A stretch of 64,000 nucleotides of DNA from positions 264,962-328,961 of the forward strand of contig JBAZTA010000003.1 of the NCBI GenBank assembly GCA_041662125.1, in the 5' to 3' direction. The notes beneath the pieces were generated by a model, which saw nothing but the letters and a program-made list of their open reading frames with translations, was not told where the DNA came from and did no database searches. The position numbers and the translations under genes were made by a program. This DNA comes from Candidatus Omnitrophota bacterium. Its GTDB lineage: Bacteria; Omnitrophota; Gorgyraeia; Gygaellales; Profunditerraquicolaceae. Of this stretch, positions 1 to 9,348 are shown piece after piece. Position 1 is the first letter of the stretch; each line of letters opens with the position of its first letter.

Positions 1-28
1 GGGATCTTGGCTGGTGTTATTCATACGC

Positions 29-466
29 CTATTTCCAGGTGTAAGGAATTCTCTTATCGGAAGGCTCTGTCCTTATGATTTCATCCGGGTCGTGAGGAAT
101 ATCTGCGCAGTTGGCGATCAATGAAGGAATTTCTGCTGTGCCTTTAAATCCATACCATAATAGCGCGGGTATCTTAACTAAACAATAATTATCTTCCCCA
201 ATTTCCAGCTCCATACAAACCCCTTGACTGGAAGACTGCGCCCGGTCATCGTATATAACCAAGGCGATCTTTCCTACGGGGACCGCGAAATATTGTGTCA
301 TTTTTAAATGTTTTTTCCAGGCTTTTACTGCACCGCTGTTCACGGTAGAAAAATATATTTCTCCGAATTTGCTAAAATAAGGTGAATCACAACGCATCAT
401 ACGCATGACCTTGCCGCGTTCATCCTGAAGAATTTTTAGTTTTTCTACCAAGACACCATTAACCAT
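29..466 (-). CDS. Small cupin-fold sugar-nucleotide 3,5-epimerase / 3,4-ketoisomerase-like protein (RmlC/FdtA superfamily)
   Basis: 145 aa. 'LQDERGKV' resembles the DxRG substrate-binding motif of the RmlC family. Size and beta-rich pattern resemble FdtA/RmlC-like cupins. Lies directly downstream of CDP-glucose 4,6-dehydratase. Confidence 0.5.
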   Translation of the reverse strand: MVNGVLVEKLKILQDERGKVMRMMRCDSPYFSKFGEIYFSTVNSGAVKAWKKHLKMTQYFAVPVGKIALVIYDDRAQSSSQGVCMELEIGEDNYCLVKIPALLWYGFKGTAEIPSLIANCADIPHDPDEIIRTEPSDKRIPYTWK

Positions 467-469
467 AGG

Positions 470-1600
470 TCACTCTTTTGCCCAGGGAAGATTAACTCTC
501 TTTGCCACAGACACATAAAATTCAATTTGTTTAATGGTAAACTCCAGCATATTGGCATTATTATTCTTGTGTTTATAATATTCTTCATACCATTCAGCTG
601 CCATCTTAATAGTATCGGAAAAAGGAAGCAGCGCGTACCAATCTAAGTATTTAAGAGCTTTATCACTGGAGACTTTTAAAAAAATGCATTCTTTCGTAAC
701 TGGCTGCTGCTTGGAATACTTCCAATTATTAGTGCCACTAAAATATTTTGAGAATGTTTTAATCAGCTCGCCTACTGATTTGCTCATCTTATAGTCAGGC
801 CCGAAATTAAAAGATTCACCGCTTAATTTATTAGATTCCGCGCATTTAGCTCCCAGCCATAAATAACCGCTCAAAGGCTCAAGGACATGCTGCCAGGGCC
901 TGGTCGCCTTAGGATTGCGGACATAGACTGTCTTATTCTGGCTCCATGCCCGAACACAATCAGGCACCAAACGGTCAGTTGCCCAATCACCTCCCCCGAT
1001 AACGTTACCAGCACGGGCGGTAACCATTCTACCCCGTTTATCAAGCCTGTTAAAAAAAGATGAGTGATACGCAAAACTCACCAGCTCAGCACACGCTTTT
1101 GACGCGCTATACGGGTCTTTTCCGCCAAGTACGTCGCTCTCACGGTACCCCCAACTCCATTCCATATTCTTATAACATTTATCACTGGTAATGATCACGG
1201 CAACCGCATCGGATACGTATTTACGCATACATTCCAAAACATTAACCGTCCCTAAAACATTAGTCTCAAATGTCAATTTTGGGTCAGTAAACGCCTTACT
1301 GACGATCGGCTGGGCGGCAAGGTGAAAAATAAAATCCGGTTTATACTGAATAAAGACCTTCCGCAACGCTTCAAAGTTCCTCACATCGCCGTTAATATGC
1401 TTAATATGCTTGTCAATAGAACAGACCGAAAATAAACACGGGTTTGATGGCAGGTAGGCTGAATATCCAATGACCTCTGCCCCTAATAACTTCAGCCAAA
1501 TCGAAAGCCATGACCCTTTAAAGCCGGTATCACCGGTAACTAAAACCCGTTTACCTTGATACGCATTCTTAAATATAGATTTGTTATTTTTTTTCTTCAT
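470..1600 (-). CDS. rfbG: CDP-glucose 4,6-dehydratase
   Basis: 376 aa. N-terminal 'GKRVLVTGDTGFKGSWLSIWL' Rossmann motif is typical of CDP-glucose 4,6-dehydratases. Extended SDR with YxxxK ('YSASKACAEL'). Confidence 0.8.
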   Translation of the reverse strand: MKKKNNKSIFKNAYQGKRVLVTGDTGFKGSWLSIWLKLLGAEVIGYSAYLPSNPCLFSVCSIDKHIKHINGDVRNFEALRKVFIQYKPDFIFHLAAQPIVSKAFTDPKLTFETNVLGTVNVLECMRKYVSDAVAVIITSDKCYKNMEWSWGYRESDVLGGKDPYSASKACAELVSFAYHSSFFNRLDKRGRMVTARAGNVIGGGDWATDRLVPDCVRAWSQNKTVYVRNPKATRPWQHVLEPLSGYLWLGAKCAESNKLSGESFNFGPDYKMSKSVGELIKTFSKYFSGTNNWKYSKQQPVTKECIFLKVSSDKALKYLDWYALLPFSDTIKMAAEWYEEYYKHKNNNANMLEFTIKQIEFYVSVAKRVNLPWAKE

Positions 1601-1648
1601 ATTTTAGCTCCTGAATGCATTATATCGAGTAACGACGAAACCGACAAG

Positions 1649-2779
1649 TCATTTTTTACTAAAGAAATCCTTGATTTTCTTTATAATAAACGCTTGGGTA
1701 TTATTCTTTATATCCGGATGAAGCGGGATGCTCAGCAATTCCTCGTAAATTTCTTCGGTTACCGGTAAATGCTTTCCCTTTGAACCAAAATATGTAAGCA
1801 GATGATTCGGATAATAATGCACGCCGCATTCTATACCGCAACCAAGCAAATAACTCCTTAAATCGTTTCTCTTTCCTTCACGTACCCGGATAGAAAATAT
1901 ATGCGGGACAATTTTCTCATAATCATCAGGAAATAACGTTAATTCTTTTATTGCCGATAATGCCTGAAAATACCGTTTTGCCAGTTTTTGACGGCTTGGT
2001 TTAAATTCATTTTCAAACCTTTTGAATTGCGCAATGCCTATTGCCGCAAATAGATTGCTCATATGATACCGGTACCCCTGGTGAAAAACATCAAACTTCC
2101 AGCTGCGCTCTCCAGAATACCTTTTTTCAGTATCGTTATGCACTCCTAAAAGTCGGGCATCCTTGATTATTCTGATAACTTTTGCATCTTTAGTTACTAT
2201 CGCCCCCCCCTCACCGCAGGTAATATTTTTTATACCATCAAAACTAAAACAAACCACATCTCCAAAAGAACCAACCAGCCTGCCTTTGTAAAAAGTTCCA
2301 AACGCGTGAGCCGCGTCTTCAACAACTCTCAAGCCATGTTTACGGGCAAACGCGTATACCTCATCCAGATTCCCTGTCCTGCTGGCATAATGGACAGGCA
2401 TGATTGCTTTAGTCTTCTTGGTTAATCGACCAGCCGCATCCTTAAGGTCAATAGTCACAGTTGCGGGGAGGATTTCGCAGGGAACAGGCCGCGCGCCTAC
2501 CGCGCTGATAGCCTGAAAACAAGCAACAAAGGTAAGCGACTGCACCAAAACTTCATCTCCGGGCCCGATACCAATGCCCATGAGCGCCAGATGCAATGCC
2601 GCAGTGCCCGAATTAACACAGATGACCTCTCTGCCGCCAAAATACTCACCGAGTGTTTTCTCAAACTCACAGACGAACTTCCCCATACCCAGGTAAGATC
2701 CATCGATAACCTTACCGAGTGCTTTTTTCTCAGCTCTGCCAACGACCGATTTCGAAAGCCGGATCATTTTATTTTTCAT
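1649..2779 (-). CDS. DegT/DnrJ/EryC1/StrS-family PLP-dependent sugar aminotransferase
   Basis: Typical N-terminus 'MIRLSKSVVGRAEKKALGKVIDGSYLGMGKFVCEFEKTL'. Active-site lysine context 'FSFDGIKNITCGEGGAIVT' has Lys rather than His, so aminotransferase rather than E1 dehydrase. Start set at the ATGA-coupled Met; the alternative ATG at 2767 is equally possible. Confidence 0.75.
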   Translation of the reverse strand: MKNKMIRLSKSVVGRAEKKALGKVIDGSYLGMGKFVCEFEKTLGEYFGGREVICVNSGTAALHLALMGIGIGPGDEVLVQSLTFVACFQAISAVGARPVPCEILPATVTIDLKDAAGRLTKKTKAIMPVHYASRTGNLDEVYAFARKHGLRVVEDAAHAFGTFYKGRLVGSFGDVVCFSFDGIKNITCGEGGAIVTKDAKVIRIIKDARLLGVHNDTEKRYSGERSWKFDVFHQGYRYHMSNLFAAIGIAQFKRFENEFKPSRQKLAKRYFQALSAIKELTLFPDDYEKIVPHIFSIRVREGKRNDLRSYLLGCGIECGVHYYPNHLLTYFGSKGKHLPVTEEIYEELLSIPLHPDIKNNTQAFIIKKIKDFFSKK

Positions 2780-4275
2780 CGTACTTTTGACCAATCCTTC
2801 CTGCTGATAAAATTAAATATCTTTTTAAGGAAATACCCTGGATCTTTCAATAATTTTGATATAACCACCGCAATAAAACCAAGAGGATCCTTTTTTAGGA
2901 AAGTAAGTAAAAGAAACCGCTGTCCCTCAGCAAGGATTTTCTTGAGTTTTGTGCCATCCATCACTTCAGTTGAAATAGAGAAACTCCTGATATAAAGGTC
3001 ATCAAGTGAAAAATCAGGCCGCAGGAACCCTTTCTCTTTACATAATTTAAAAAGTTCCGAACCGGGATATGGAGTGGCTATCGATATATGCGGAGTAAAA
3101 ACCCCCAGGCTCGCGGAAAAACGAAAACTTTCCCATATTTGCTCTTGCGTTTCGTACGGCATGCCAACGACCAGAAAAATCCCGATACGCAGCCCTATCT
3201 TTTTCGCATACCTTACCAAGGGCGAGACTTTTTTAAGGTCAAGCGGCTTTTTGATGATCGTATTAAGGACTTTCTGGCTCCCGGACTCAAGAGCGAAATT
3301 AAGAGAATGGCAACCGCTTTGCTTCATTTTATTAATAAGGCTTTCATTTAATGTCCACGCGGCGATTCCATTAGGAGTATCCCAAACCAATCCCAATTTA
3401 TCCCTGCACATCCCCTCAAAAATATTATATGCGCGAGAAGGATCCAGGGTAAGGTTATCATCTTCAAACATAATTTCTTCTATCCCGTATTGAGTTTTCA
3501 AAAAGCTCAGTTCACGCAAAACATTTTCCGGTGAACGCGTGCGAAAAGCGCGCCCCCATACCGCGTAGGCAGAACAGAAAGTGCACTGCGCGGGGCATCC
3601 GCGCGAAGTTATAACAGGCGCGAATCTTTTTTTTCGCCTTTCACCGTGAGAAGACTTTAATCCAAAATACTTCTCCATGCTCAAAAGATGCCAGGCAGGA
3701 AACGGCAGAGCGTCAAGGTCTTCAATGAACCTCTTTTTCGGTATTACCTTGACAACACCCTTATCTTTATATCCGACGCCATCAAGCGTTGAAAAATCTT
3801 GATTTCCCTCAATACATGCTATCAAATCAAGGAGAGTTCTCTCACCTTCCCCCAGAACGACATAATCAACAAACTCATCTGCAAGGACCAACTCGGGCAT
3901 CACCGTAGGATGAGCGCCTCCCGCAAGGGTTATGGTTGCCTGGTCAATTTTCTTAGCAATTTCATAAATTTTATGCGCGCATTTTCGCTGTTTCGTAAAT
4001 AAATTGTTAACGCCAACAATATCCGGCTTGTAGTCGCTGGTAATTGCTTCTATCGTCTCAAAAGGCAAACCGATACGGATTGAGTCTTCCGACACACTGA
4101 CTCTGGTATCCCAACCTTCAATCAAAGCATCAATTATCTTTACTTCAATCCCTTTTTTTTCAAGAACCGCGGCTAAATACCCGAGTCCTAAAGGCGGCAT
4201 AGGATTAATATCGATCCTGTCTTTAAAGGTAATCGCAGGAGGATTAAATAAAAGGACTTTTTTGATCTTTTTCAT
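2776..4275 (-). CDS. B12-binding-domain radical SAM enzyme (class B, putative methyltransferase/other radical tailoring)
   Basis: 499 aa. N-terminal cobalamin-binding-like domain followed by radical SAM CxxxCxxC 'CPAQCTFC'. Confidence 0.75.
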   Translation of the reverse strand: MKKIKKVLLFNPPAITFKDRIDINPMPPLGLGYLAAVLEKKGIEVKIIDALIEGWDTRVSVSEDSIRIGLPFETIEAITSDYKPDIVGVNNLFTKQRKCAHKIYEIAKKIDQATITLAGGAHPTVMPELVLADEFVDYVVLGEGERTLLDLIACIEGNQDFSTLDGVGYKDKGVVKVIPKKRFIEDLDALPFPAWHLLSMEKYFGLKSSHGERRKKRFAPVITSRGCPAQCTFCSAYAVWGRAFRTRSPENVLRELSFLKTQYGIEEIMFEDDNLTLDPSRAYNIFEGMCRDKLGLVWDTPNGIAAWTLNESLINKMKQSGCHSLNFALESGSQKVLNTIIKKPLDLKKVSPLVRYAKKIGLRIGIFLVVGMPYETQEQIWESFRFSASLGVFTPHISIATPYPGSELFKLCKEKGFLRPDFSLDDLYIRSFSISTEVMDGTKLKKILAEGQRFLLLTFLKKDPLGFIAVVISKLLKDPGYFLKKIFNFISRKDWSKVR

Positions 4276-5486
4276 AACAAATTATAGTATTTTTCAGCCA
4301 TAACCCCTGCTTGAAACATATGATTCAACCGATCATAACCCTTTTCAACCATAGTATTGGATAGAGTAGCATTATTCAATATTTGTTTCATGGCGCAAGC
4401 TAATTGTTGAGAATTATTTGGTTCAACAATTAACCCTGCATCACCTAATACTTCAGGAATACCGCCAACGTCAGAAGCGATTACAGGTTTTTTATAAAGC
4501 ATTGCTTCAAGTAAAACCATTCCAAAACTCTCATAATTAATTGAGGGAAAAACAAACACATCAAAGCATTCAATGTATTCCCAGGCAGCATCGAGATACC
4601 CGGTTAAAAAAACCTTTTTTTCAAGGCGAAGCTCTTGGATAAGTTTATTTAAAGTAATTGCGTGCGCAAAAGCATCACTTCCTATAATAACTAGTTTTGA
4701 GTGCGGAAATTCATCCTGAATTTGATAAAACGCCCTGATAAGATATTCGTGGCCTTTTCTTTCCTCATAATCGCCAATGCAACCAATAATTTTGCCTGCT
4801 CCATCTAATTTCAGCGTATTCCTTTTATCTCTCAGGGATAAATGAGCGGTTCTCTCAGTAATAATGCCATTATATATATACGTTATTTTCTGGGCAGTCA
4901 GAAACCTTGTTTCTTTAAGCTGCTTGGCGCAAGAAGAAGAAACACAAATAATTTGCGAACAAGAATGATCAATCCACGCATCTATAATTCGGTCAAAAAT
5001 TCTAAAAGGCCACTGAGAGATCGTAGCGTTGTTGTGGATAACAAGAAATATCTTTTTTATCCTCGCCAATCGAGCGGCAACCACAAAAGAAAGACTTAAT
5101 TCAGCTGCCGGATAGCCGCCATTATGAGAAAATACAACTTCGAATTTATCTTTTTTTAATTTAAAATAGAATATGATTATTGAATATAAAAAAATAGGAA
5201 ATTTTAATACACTCGCTATTTTTCGCAGCTTCCAGCAAAATTGAGAGAAGCCAGAGGTTGCCCCTCTCTTAAGACTTGTGAAATTAATATCGCTCGTAGC
5301 CAATACATGAATTTGTTTTACCTTCAGGCCCCCGGCATCATAGACATACTTTCCTTTATGGCCTTTATTAAGCCACACCTCACAATGATCATTTTTAGCC
5401 GGCCATGCCTTAATCAAATTTACTAAAACGGTATCTACTCCTCCTATTTCCCGGCTCGAATAAAAGAAAACGATTTTTTTAGCCAT
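4272..5486 (-). CDS. Glycosyltransferase family 4 (GT-B, retaining)
   Basis: 404 aa. C-terminal EX7E-type motif region 'FPSINYESFGMVLLEAMLYKKPVIASDVGGIPEVL'. Confidence 0.75.
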   Translation of the reverse strand: MAKKIVFFYSSREIGGVDTVLVNLIKAWPAKNDHCEVWLNKGHKGKYVYDAGGLKVKQIHVLATSDINFTSLKRGATSGFSQFCWKLRKIASVLKFPIFLYSIIIFYFKLKKDKFEVVFSHNGGYPAAELSLSFVVAARLARIKKIFLVIHNNATISQWPFRIFDRIIDAWIDHSCSQIICVSSSCAKQLKETRFLTAQKITYIYNGIITERTAHLSLRDKRNTLKLDGAGKIIGCIGDYEERKGHEYLIRAFYQIQDEFPHSKLVIIGSDAFAHAITLNKLIQELRLEKKVFLTGYLDAAWEYIECFDVFVFPSINYESFGMVLLEAMLYKKPVIASDVGGIPEVLGDAGLIVEPNNSQQLACAMKQILNNATLSNTMVEKGYDRLNHMFQAGVMAEKYYNLL

Positions 5487-5498
5487 CTATGCTTTATA

Positions 5499-6383
5499 TT
5501 AACAAACCAAACATTGCCAACCCCATTGCTTAAATTCTGGAACGCTAAAAGAAGATTCTAAAGAAGCAAGATAATTAGGCGCTCCCGGATTGAGCGCTTC
5601 AAGTGTTTTAAGAGGGATCAATTTCACGCCTTTTATTCCCCAGGATATATAGAAAATAGTATACCCGAATCCCTCTAAATACTTATGCACAGAATCTCCG
5701 GCTCCAACAAGATTTTCATAGACGATATTTTTAATCATCTTTTGCCGTAACAAATTCTGCGCACCTTCCAACACTCTTAACTCATGCCCCTCGACATCAA
5801 TCTTTACCAATGATACGCTCTGCTTTGAAACAATTTCATCTAAGGTAGTTGTCATGGCAGGAATCCCTTGAGATTGATCATCTGAAAGATACGATGTACC
5901 CCAACTTTTCAAAATGTCGTCTTCATTAAAAGAAACAAGGCGTTGTTCTTTTCTTGCATTACTGAGCGCAGCATTAAATATCGTTATTTTTCCTGCTTTT
6001 TTGTTTTGCTTGAACAATTGAACATTATCCTTCAATACACTAAATACAAATTGATGCGGCTCAAAAGCTAAAACAGTCCCGGTTGTCCCACAGCGGCTTG
6101 CCATAATACTCGTCATATACCCGACATTGGCTCCTACATCAATAACCAGATCTCCCGGTTTGATAAGCCTCCACAACACTTCGCTCACCTCTAATTCAAA
6201 AATACACCGGTACCATAACGATAGCCCAACCGCTTCCCGGACATCAACCTTAATTTCCATGCCCCAGGGTAAAGCAAGTTTTCGCATTCTTGCTTTTTTA
6301 CAGAATGTTCCGCGCAACAATCGAATAAACAGTTGTTGCGGCCTGAATACGTAATAAGGTTGAAAAGGATTTCGAATTTTCAT
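5499..6383 (-). CDS. FkbM-family SAM-dependent methyltransferase
   Basis: 294 aa. 'LVIDVGANVGYMTSIMA' is characteristic of FkbM-family MTases. Confidence 0.7.
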   Translation of the reverse strand: MKIRNPFQPYYVFRPQQLFIRLLRGTFCKKARMRKLALPWGMEIKVDVREAVGLSLWYRCIFELEVSEVLWRLIKPGDLVIDVGANVGYMTSIMASRCGTTGTVLAFEPHQFVFSVLKDNVQLFKQNKKAGKITIFNAALSNARKEQRLVSFNEDDILKSWGTSYLSDDQSQGIPAMTTTLDEIVSKQSVSLVKIDVEGHELRVLEGAQNLLRQKMIKNIVYENLVGAGDSVHKYLEGFGYTIFYISWGIKGVKLIPLKTLEALNPGAPNYLASLESSFSVPEFKQWGWQCLVC

Positions 6384-6407
6384 ATAAAAGCAATGTAAGT
6401 ATTGCGG

Positions 6408-7148
6408 TTATTTTTTCAACATAGCTTGCCTTACTCCATACCGTATATCAAGCAACAGCTCCCAGGCATAACGCAAGAATACAGTTACAAGCCTTTTAAG
6501 CTTTTGCGCGATAACCTGTTTTCTTGACATCTTATCAATTGGGTTTTGCGGCTCATCAGAAGTTTGCTGTTGAGGAATTACAAATTTACCGATGCTTTTC
6601 AACTTCTTCGCAACGATCCAGATCACAATATCCTCTCCGCGGGCAGGATCCTTAATAATATTTCCATAAACCGTACTGAACTTTAAATATATGACCTGAA
6701 AATTATTTGATTCCAGCGCACCTCGTATCGCTACAGGATTTAACACATGCAATCCGTGTCCGAAAAATCCGTTTACCGCTGTAACCAACACGTAAGCGCC
6801 GCCAACTTTTACCATACGCAAGCAATTCTCAATGCACTGCCTTGTGTCAAAAACATGTTCTAAACATCCTATATCGAAAACGACATTATATTTCTCATTT
6901 TCTTCTCGGGGAACAGGCAAATTCATATCATATTTTAAATCTGCCCTCTCATCAAAATAATCCAATGTCGAAATCTCAGATACTCCTTTTGCAACCAGCA
7001 ACTCCTTAACATCTTTGTATTCAAATTCATTGGAAGCACCACTTGCGTCAAAAACCTGATACCCAAACATCAAAAAAGGCCCTTTTAAAATTCCCGGGAT
7101 ACTGAATATTTCGTTACAAATAGGCATAAGAGCTTTTGATAACGCCAC
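6408..7148 (-). CDS. Hypothetical protein, methyltransferase-like with degenerate motif I
   Basis: 246 aa. 'VVFDIGCLEHVFD' resembles class-I MTase motif III, but no clear GxGxG. GTG start preceded by strong SD 'AGGAGGAG'. Confidence 0.35.
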   Translation of the reverse strand: MALSKALMPICNEIFSIPGILKGPFLMFGYQVFDASGASNEFEYKDVKELLVAKGVSEISTLDYFDERADLKYDMNLPVPREENEKYNVVFDIGCLEHVFDTRQCIENCLRMVKVGGAYVLVTAVNGFFGHGLHVLNPVAIRGALESNNFQVIYLKFSTVYGNIIKDPARGEDIVIWIVAKKLKSIGKFVIPQQQTSDEPQNPIDKMSRKQVIAQKLKRLVTVFLRYAWELLLDIRYGVRQAMLKK

Positions 7149-7217
7149 AGTTCTCCTCCTGAAATTATTCCAAAACTTTTGTTTCTTAACTCGAGAACGA
7201 TCCCTTGTAAAAACGGC

Positions 7218-8150
7218 TTAATTTTTTTTCATAATAAGTGAAAATAACGCCCCCCCGTAAGGAGAATTGTTTTTAATTTTCCTTGAGAAAAACTTATTAA
7301 TTCCGTTACTACTCTCATTGACCCAAGCTCCTAAATGTTTATAGGTATTTACCGAAATTATCTTAAAATCAGGGAAAAATCTTTCATGCAATTTAAAAGG
7401 GTCAAAACCTTCACCCTTTTCATCAGGATCATGAATATCGACAATTGCGTTTATATCCTTAATAGTCAAATCTTGCCCAACAAGCTTCTTTTCCTTAACA
7501 GCCCAATAAACCTTCTGATTAAAATCCTTTCCTGGCCCAAGCCGTTTACGGAACATCCCCAAAAATATAAGGATATTGCGCGCGATTCTCTTTAATACCA
7601 TCCTTACTTTCACTAAATTTTGGTAAACAAACAAAATAAACGACCTGTTTTGAGAATGTAGTTTATTTCTCTCATGCATTATTATAAAAAGACCTCCCTT
7701 AGTAACATGTTTCCCCAGCCCTGACAAAACTTGCGGGTAATCAGGGATATGATGCAAAACTGAATTCATCGTAATACAATCAACTTTTAAGTCCATCTTG
7801 GAAATTTCAAGCGCGTCGGCTTTTATAAATTCTTTCTTAATCTTATTCAGCGATGCTAAATGTTCTTGTGTAATCTTAAGCATTTTCTCAGATAGATCCG
7901 TACAAATTATCTTGTCGTTTTCTTTCAAATACCCGGATACAAGCATAGGAACAAATCCGGTTCCGGTGCCGATATCAAGGATAGTAAGTTGCTTATCACT
8001 TTTTAAAAAGGTTTGCCCGATCTGTTCCCAGGCGGATTTTTCATCTACATATATTTCCGGATGCCTTTGCACATAATATTGGGCTTCCAGATCATGATAG
8101 ATCTCGTTAACTTCCTTAACTTGAGCGTCGTCTAAAATTATTTTAGCCAT
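7218..8150 (-). CDS. Class I SAM-dependent methyltransferase
   Basis: 310 aa. Motif I 'ILDIGTGTGFVPMLVSGYL'. Confidence 0.75.
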   Translation of the reverse strand: MAKIILDDAQVKEVNEIYHDLEAQYYVQRHPEIYVDEKSAWEQIGQTFLKSDKQLTILDIGTGTGFVPMLVSGYLKENDKIICTDLSEKMLKITQEHLASLNKIKKEFIKADALEISKMDLKVDCITMNSVLHHIPDYPQVLSGLGKHVTKGGLFIIMHERNKLHSQNRSFILFVYQNLVKVRMVLKRIARNILIFLGMFRKRLGPGKDFNQKVYWAVKEKKLVGQDLTIKDINAIVDIHDPDEKGEGFDPFKLHERFFPDFKIISVNTYKHLGAWVNESSNGINKFFSRKIKNNSPYGGALFSLIMKKN

Positions 8151-8181
8151 TATTCAACCCACTAAATCCACGTATCCCGTT

Positions 8182-9318
8182 TTAAGATTCTCTTAATGCC
8201 TGGACAACAATATCTTTTGAAAAACGATTTTCGCTTTCTTTCGAAGTAAGACAACTATACTTATATTTATCATACAAAACCGCATTAACAGCAGGGACCT
8301 GCAATGTTTTAATGCATTCTTCTGAGTCAATATTATACGCCTTTGACCCTAGTGACTTTGAAAGAAATTCCAGGGTCCTGAAGTTGGCCTTTCTCTTAAC
8401 CCGATATTCCTGAGTATAAACAAATATGATCGGTTTACGGTAAAGCACGGCGTATGAAGTAGATGTACTTGACTGCGAAATAACAAATCGGGAATCTTTG
8501 ACCAACTCGCATGTCTTTCCTTCATAACTTAAGCGACCCTTAAAAATATTTTTTTCATACGTAATGCCGGGATGCGCAGCAATGACAACCTTTACTTTAA
8601 AGCTTTTTTCGATAACACTAAAAAAATTATTCAATGATTCATAAAACTTTATAAAATCAAGTTGCTGCATGTTCAAAAGCGACACATCATCATTATACAC
8701 AGGCCCTTCATCTAAAAAAACACAATATTCACCGGCAACGACCCGTTGCGACATATTTTTAGTCAGTTGATAATAATCATAATCCTGATAATTAATATTG
8801 ACTACATGGAAATGATCCTTGAAAGCATCGCCGGTCAAGCGGCCGGCAACAAACACAAGGTCATATTTTCTTATTAAACCTGCCCTTTTGCATACATTCG
8901 CGATGAGGTTTAAAAAAGTTTGGAAAAAAACTGCCGGCCTGATCTTATCGATTATTTTCGTAGTCAAATCCTCTCTCGCATACGCCACCCAGGGAAAATA
9001 AACAGTCTTACACCTTAAACGCGTCATAAGTAAATAGAGAGATATGACCTGCCATCCAAAGTATACCTGCAAAACAAATACGGTACTTTTTAAATCCTCG
9101 TTCTTTAAACGCACTTTCAACTCGTCAAAAGAGTTAATTTCTTTGACATATTCCCGGGATAACGTGTTCTTAAAATGACGGCCTTTAAAATAAATACCTT
9201 TTAAATCCCAATACTCAACAGGTATGCCCGCATCAAGCACATCCTGAATTAACAGGTATCTTTCGATCTGGGGTGTTAAAGCAAAGATTGTGATATAAAT
9301 AACCTTTTTATGAGCCAT
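8182..9318 (-). CDS. Hypothetical GT-B-like transferase (TagF/KpsS/sialyltransferase-like pattern)
   Basis: 378 aa, no canonical motifs. C-terminal half 'KVKVVIAAHPGITYEK...FVISQSSTSTSYAVLYRKPIIFV' resembles the TagF/Capsule_synth family pattern. Confidence 0.3.
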   Translation of the reverse strand: MAHKKVIYITIFALTPQIERYLLIQDVLDAGIPVEYWDLKGIYFKGRHFKNTLSREYVKEINSFDELKVRLKNEDLKSTVFVLQVYFGWQVISLYLLMTRLRCKTVYFPWVAYAREDLTTKIIDKIRPAVFFQTFLNLIANVCKRAGLIRKYDLVFVAGRLTGDAFKDHFHVVNINYQDYDYYQLTKNMSQRVVAGEYCVFLDEGPVYNDDVSLLNMQQLDFIKFYESLNNFFSVIEKSFKVKVVIAAHPGITYEKNIFKGRLSYEGKTCELVKDSRFVISQSSTSTSYAVLYRKPIIFVYTQEYRVKRKANFRTLEFLSKSLGSKAYNIDSEECIKTLQVPAVNAVLYDKYKYSCLTSKESENRFSKDIVVQALRES

Positions 9319-9348
9319 TATGATTATGTGTTTTTTTCATAAAGAACC

